A stretch of DNA of 64,000 nucleotides from Tubiluchus corallicola (lineage: Eukaryota; Animalia; Priapulida): assembly GCA_030141605.1 (NCBI GenBank), contig JAQGDQ010002374.1:310001-374000 (forward strand), given 5' to 3'. Each line of letters begins with the position of its first letter. The stretch's first letter is position 1. Positions 58,401 through 64,000 of this stretch are shown here, piece by piece. The notes below the pieces were generated by a model. The model did no database searches. It worked only from the letters and a program-made list of their open reading frames with translations, and was not told the DNA's origin. Made by a program: the position numbers and the translations under genes.

Positions 58401-60942
58401 TCAAGTATCAACTTCTTAAATTACTCAGGGCTTAGAAAAGCTGGCGAAAGACATACAGATAGACTGAATGTGCCATTATAATTCTCACCATTCTTTCTCC
58501 TTTTTTTGTATTTTTCTCTTGTAAGTGGCTATTACAATTTTAGTTTTATCAAAAACTTGTATGTATTGTCTCACCAATCTATTGTACTTCTTCACGTTAA
58601 ATGTCGTGACTGACTTCACGTGAAAGGCTTTTATGTAGGTTGCATATAAAACTGTTAGCTGATCACTTAGTGCTGTTCCATAATTGTTAATGATCATGTA
58701 TGTATGTATTTATTCTATTCATTATCATACTGATAAAATGCACTTTAAACCAAGTAGCTGTGTTTATGGACTGTCAAAGAATGATTTCATTTGCCGCATG
58801 TTGATTTTGTTTACATTTGAGTTCGTTCCGTTTACATCTCTTTAAATAATTTTAAAGTACAGGTAATGCCCTACAACCTAGTAATAATAAATAATGATAA
58901 CCAACTTACCTGACCCTGGCCAAGTGATATTCTTTGTATACGATTCTCATAGAAACCTAAGTCAGTGGCAAACTTAAGTAAACCAATCATAGGATCGGCT
59001 CCTGGTGATAAAATGAAAATTAGTGGACTGCAGCAGTGTGAGTCGTTATATGAACCCATGAGGTCAAAGGTCGGCGGCTCTATATAAGAAGCACCAAGAT
59101 GGTCTGTAATGAACGCCTGAAAATGTATATTGCATTTATTTACACATAGTTTTAATTGCATAATTTAAGTCTGAGCTCACTGCTCATCAGCTTACTACAG
59201 CAAACCTTCAATATAACAAACCCTGTTATAAAGAACTTCGTATACAACAGACTATTTCTACTTATTACCCGTAAATTGGTTTATCTGCTGATCTATAATC
59301 TAGACTGCTGGGCTGGGGTGGGTTAGCTGCTGATTACAGTAAACTGCTGCTACTTATAGAATATAGACTGCACGGCTGTATGTGGTAGGTTAGCTACTGA
59401 TTTCCATGAACTGATTTATCAGCTGATATTGTCTAGAGTCTAGACTGCTGGGTTGTGGTGAGTTAGCTACTGATTACAGAAAGTTGGTTTAATAGCTGAT
59501 ACTGTCTAGGTTCTAGAGTACTGGGCTGTGGTAGGTTAACTACTAATTACAGAAAACTGATTAATCTGCTGATGCTATCTAGAGTCTAGATTGCTGGGTT
59601 GCAGTAAGCTACTGATTACAGTAAAAGTATCCAAGGAAAAGTGCTTTAATAATTAGATAGAATGAGTTTCTAAATTGTTTGCTTCACTTTTTTTCTATTA
59701 ACTTATAATTTTGCCAAATTTGAATCACTCAGTCAAACTTAGAAGTCAGACCAATATATCCACACCTTTAAAACAATTAATTAGCACTTGTTCTAACTCT
59801 GTACTACAGTTGACATGCGTGTTATCAGACTGAGAATCATAGAGTTAATTAAGCACGTTTCCTCATATTGGTAGCAAAACAGCATTAAGCATTAAATTCG
59901 CTTCACATTCAATTTCTTTAAATGCGACACCAATAGAAGCCGACAAATTTGGCAAGACCAAAAACTACTTATACGCTAGTTTAATCTACAAAAGAAATTG
60001 TTTAGTACTTAGAAAAACCAGTAAACATTTAGACTTTAGTGTGACATAAATAAACATTCCTTTTTACTGACGTTTTTTTCAATAAGATGTGCTATAAAGT
60101 CACCTGGTTGTAACTGACTGTTAATTATGGCAGACTATCTTCAATTGCAGCACCCTAAGTTAATGGTGAAAAACAAATACACTAGATACATAAAGTAGTT
60201 TCATTGCTTACAAGATAACCTACCTATATTAGCAATTTATTATATTTTAATCTCATCTAAAGTAATTTCATTTAATCATTTCATTTAATATACCAAAGGT
60301 AAAATTAAATTACGTTTTAAAGTCAAAATTGGGGTTCTTACCTGAACTGCTGGAACAATTTTATCTGGCCTTAAGCAGCGAAGGACAACCATGCGATCTA
60401 AATCTGTCAAGTTGTTCCATTCACCGGGATAGGTTTCTTTGCTGGGTGATGTGGAATCATATACCCGTTTCCACTCTTTCAGATTCTCCACAACATCTGA
60501 TATTTGACGTATCAATATATTTTATAGAAATATACATATACAATACAAGATACTGCGATTTAAATGAAAGATTTTTTTTTAAATTGCAAAATCATACATG
60601 GTTTAGTGCACCAAGTTATGGTGTGGCCATAAGGCTACACGTCTTAGTTTTAACAGTAGATGAAATTTTAACTGCTACAACTGCAAGTACAGTTATAAGT
60701 TGTTCAGGTATAATTTCTAAAGCAGAACATTTTTAAACACTAAAAACAGCATGTTTCGAGCACAATTTTAAAAAGATAAGTTACGTTTCATAAACCCATT
60801 CAGTGACTTCAATTTTGAAGCGCGGACGATTTCCGACCAAGATTTGTCTGTAAGCCAATCAGAAGCTGGATTTGGATACGGATTCTCCAGTGCTACTCCA
60901 CCAGTTAGAAGAAATCTCCACGTGTCATCATTTATCTCACCT
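46403..60942 (-). CDS. DNAH3: Axonemal inner-arm dynein heavy chain (DNAH3-like), 3' 13 exons; gene continues beyond the window
   Basis: Exons: about 60942-60785, 60496-60342, 59116-58910, 57157-57041, 55375-55172, 53509-53372, 52162-51999, 51315-51162, 49737-49479, 48484-48349, 47449-47361, 47218-47097, 46699-46403; phases consistent. AAA6 and C-terminal motifs: [67 protein letters not shown]. The C-terminus [29 protein letters not shown]...[15 protein letters not shown] is, from recall, closer to DNAH3 than to DNAH7 or DNAH12. Confidence 0.9.
47584..47966 (+). mobile_element. Degenerate RTE-like LINE 3' end with (GAT)n tail
   Basis: Decayed reading [16 protein letters not shown] resembles the G.R..GRP.KTW motif; ends in GATGATGATAATGATGATGA. 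Confidence 0.65.
50614..50745 (+). mobile_element. CR1-like 3' UTR remnant
   Basis: GACTAGATGACCCTATGGTCCTTCCTTGCCCT resembles the CR1 3' stem-loop; a short (CTATGT)3 tail lies at about 50726-50743. Confidence 0.45.
51418..51503. repeat. (CTA/CCA/CTG)n trinucleotide repeat
   Basis: Direct reading; a similar (TAG/CAG)n tract lies at 48966-49030. Confidence 0.85.
53054..53331. mobile_element. Possible PIF/Harbinger-like MITE
   Basis: Imperfect inverted ends AGTGCGTTTAGATT / AGTCTAAACAGGGCT with TAA/TTA-like flanks. Confidence 0.3.
54327..54638. mobile_element. hAT-family MITE
   Basis: Perfect 8-bp TSD CTTGTAAG (54319-54326 and 54639-54646); TIRs CAGGGACACATTAT / ATAATCTGGCCCTG; internal GGGCCC motifs. 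Confidence 0.92.
58160..58240. repeat. Short tandem GGACATTTGGACA repeats, probably a DNA-transposon subterminal array
   Basis: About 5 degenerate copies of a roughly 15-nt unit. Confidence 0.55.
59280..59622. repeat. Degenerate minisatellite, unit about 65-72 bp, about 5 copies
   Basis: Recurring CTAGACTGCTGGG..GTGG..GGTTAGCTACTGATTACAG..AACTG units beginning near 59300, 59365, 59440, 59513 and 59587. Confidence 0.8.
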
Positions 60943-62268
60943 CTCGAAAATCAAAGGAGTGAAAAAACGTTAAAAAATTGCTGTTCTTTAGAATCAGTCC
61001 AAGGATTTTTTGAAAATTCTGATCCAGCTTTTCTTAATCAGAATTTTTATGTCTTATGCTACAATGATAAAACACTTAGGTATTTGGAATTGGAGTAAGC
61101 AAGTTTAATGTATTCATTAGTGTCTTATAAATCAAAGGATTTAATCTCCTGATTAAAAAATCTTTATTATGGCATTTTATGCTTTAGTTAGATTTTGGGT
61201 TAATAACCTAATGACCTAACTCATCTTCAGACTGCAATAAATGAAATAAGTGAAGAACAATTAATTTTTTTTTGTAAATAAGGCAATATTTGTATAAATA
61301 CTCCAGGTTAAATTATAGGAGATCTCCGAGCAACATGAGCCCCAGAGGTGCAGAGTGCATGACCCACCAGTGTGTGGACATGCTCTGCCACTCACCAATC
61401 ATGTCCCAACCATGGGTTAAATAGTGAACCCTCAACGGCTGATCAGGTGAAATTGGACTTGCTCGTTGAATTCAATTGTGAAGGCGAAGGAAGGATATGC
61501 ATGGCGGGCAGGCGGACAAAGGCGGGCTCTAAAGGATCTGAGTATTGGCAGCTCACTTCAGAAATCCTAGCATCCCGATCGTCTTGGCTATCTCTTGCCA
61601 TCGGATGAATGCTTGGATTCCGAAGCATGTGCGACTGAGGTTCTTGCACATCAGGATCACTTAAATCAAATCTTTGCACAGGTTATTCCTACTATCTTTG
61701 GGATCATCGTCTTCGTTAATGAAGGGCAACCATAACATATAAATATCAAATAACACTGATGTGTTAATATTAACTGTAATACTAACTAGAGCCACAAAAG
61801 TCTAGTTAGCTCTACTATGTGTATGTAGATATGTGATATGTGTGAGGCACAAGTATGGCATCACACATACATTGTTAGACAGCTTAAAACACTAGTCTCC
61901 TTTACTCATATAATAATAAATAATAATAATACACTTATTTATAATGTGCTCTTTCAATAAAATTTTTTGTCAAAGGCGCTGGTTCAATTAGAAATATTTA
62001 GCTAAAACACTAAAAAATTATAATGTAATTAGACCTATAAATCATAAAAATATGCAAAACATTCACCACTAGCTTATACGTTAAAATACTGCTTAATATA
62101 AATGCGAATAAATAAATATAATAAATATAAATAAATATACAAATATGAACATCTGCTATGATTGTAGTAAAAGGTACAAGTAAAAGCATAGCATCAGTGT
62201 ACACTCAGAATGAAACCAAACAGCAACAATCTAAAAACAGCATATGGGTAGATTAGCTGAAACGTAAC

Positions 62269-63182
62269 CAGTGGTGTCGTGCTATAGGGGCCCGCCCCCC
62301 CCCCCAATTTTTTAGAAAATGTCAAAATGGCAAACGGTAAGCAAATTTATTTCCAACTTTTTGACACACAATAGCGGGCCAGCGCTCCATAAATGCGAAC
62401 AGTATGAGCATTTCGGTACAGTAGCCCAAAAATATTTTTTATCATTAAAGTTTGTCGCCGAGTTAAATTATTCTGACTGTTAATACGTGCCTGACCAGAT
62501 GTGTTTACCTGAAAGTCAGGATGTAGTTAATTTGTTTGCATGTAATCTATTCAGGAGGCAGGCAGGAACAGTTAACAAAGCAGCTCGTTGAGTAGCATTA
62601 GCGTCTTTGCAGTTAGACTGTTAGTTAAAACGGCTCAGTTAGCACTCGAGCTTCGTTCAGCAGTGTGTTATAATAGTGAGCAAGTGGAAATAATAGAGCA
62701 AAAAGAATGCAAACATTGAAGTCATGTTGAGTTAGCCTAATACCAGAGAGTCAGTTTGTCGAGCTAGCCTAGTACCAGAGAGTCGGTTTGCGAGATACAA
62801 ATTGATGAGCCACCTCCTGATTGGACATTACCGACTCTTTGCTACTCCTTAGCGACTCTTTCCCACAAGTTTGCTGCATAAAAGGGCGTGATTTTGAGCA
62901 CATTTCATCATTTTTCTCCTACTAGATCTTTTCGCCAAATCTTTGGATTCCTGACAGCTAATAAATACTTAATTAAATTTTAATTAAATTTTTAATTTTA
63001 ATTAAGTTTCCGTTGCTATAGCTTTAAGTTAAATGCCAGTTGGGAATTAATAAATCGTTTTTCTTGCACGCAAAATACTGTGTGGGAATTCAAAATTATA
63101 CGTTTTTTAAACATTTAAGTTCCGCCATTATATACAGTCGCCCCCCCCCCCCCCCAATTTTTTTTGGTGCACAACGCCCCTG
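62269..63182. mobile_element. hAT-family non-autonomous element
   Basis: TIRs CAGTGGTGTCGTGC / GCACAACGCCCCTG; 8-bp TSD AACGTAAC / AACATAAC (7/8 match); the same CGCCCCCCCCCCCCAATTTTTT block occurs near both ends. Confidence 0.85.
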
Positions 63183-64000
63183 AACATAACTAAAGTATTT
63201 TCCAGGTGAAAGAATGCTACTTTTCAACAGTAGCTGTTGTATTGCTTTTTTAACGATAAACCACTTTTTCTTTTGTTTCTAAATCCATGCCAAAATGCAC
63301 TAGCTGACATGTCATACAAATCACATTAAAAGAATTTATTACCTATTCATTACCTATTTGGCTTCTTTTAACTACTTAATTAGTGCACAATAGGCTCTGC
63401 CTATATAAACTGGTTGTACGTTTGTAAATTTACCACTGATGATGACAGCAGCAGCCTGTCAAAATGTTTTGCATAATTTTAACTTTTTAATGTAAAAGTT
63501 TTAATAAAGTAGTGTTTTGTTTTTAACTATAAAAGAATTGATATTCTACTTACTCTCCTTTCATTATGCCAATGCAAAGAAGAAACGAAAACAATAATTT
63601 GTCTTTTTCAAACAGAGATCGGCAAACATTGCGGTAGATACTGTTAGTGAAGTGCATGTTCAGGTTCCTTAGTCGTTCTTCCAAGTGTTCCGATTTGTTG
63701 CTGTCAATTATTGACTGGAATGTAAGTAAGTAAGCAATTTATTGTCATAAAATTTCAAAAAATTTATTACCAGGATGATATTCATCATGTAATGATAACT
63801 TGCGCTCTCTTTGCAACCCTGTGTTATAGGTTGCTGTTCAGTTCCTATTACTTTTGAAGCAGATTTAACAACCTGATCAAGAGCATAAAATGTACTGGCA
63901 AAACAGATTTATGATGATTAATTTCACATCCAGCTGGTTTCCTTATAAAAATGTAAAGCTAGTGGTCTTGCCGTGGTTAGCCTTTTGTCTATGTAACATT

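Noticed and set aside
59280-59622. Repeat array that could be mistaken for CRISPR
   Set aside because: Whole units are homologous and degenerate, with no unique spacers and no cas genes; it is an intronic minisatellite.

Overview
AT-rich, intron-rich animal (invertebrate-like) nuclear DNA; most ORF-track entries are exon fragments or noise. Four spliced genes can be assembled with canonical, phase-consistent junctions. (1) An unrecognised 3-exon, 271-aa gene (3210-5161, +) whose architecture suggests a long-chain four-helix cytokine (IL-6/Unpaired-like), with a tight upstream cluster of STAT-type sites. (2) A complete 7-exon PRPP synthetase (6885-14368, +). (3) A complete 30-exon, about 2382-aa CBP/p300 acetyltransferase (18695-43069, -), including one GC-AG intron and an apparent microexon/alternative-acceptor hotspot in the RING region. 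(4) The last 13 exons of an axonemal dynein heavy chain, DNAH3-like (46403-60942, -), continuing beyond the window. Introns hold pogo/Tigger, hAT and other MITEs, CR1/RTE fragments and microsatellites. The best novelty candidates are the putative cytokine, a structured element with a possible cassette exon in PRPS intron 3, the CBP splicing module, and an inverted, synonymously diverged dynein exon fragment inside a dynein intron. All calls were made by eye; no database search was run.
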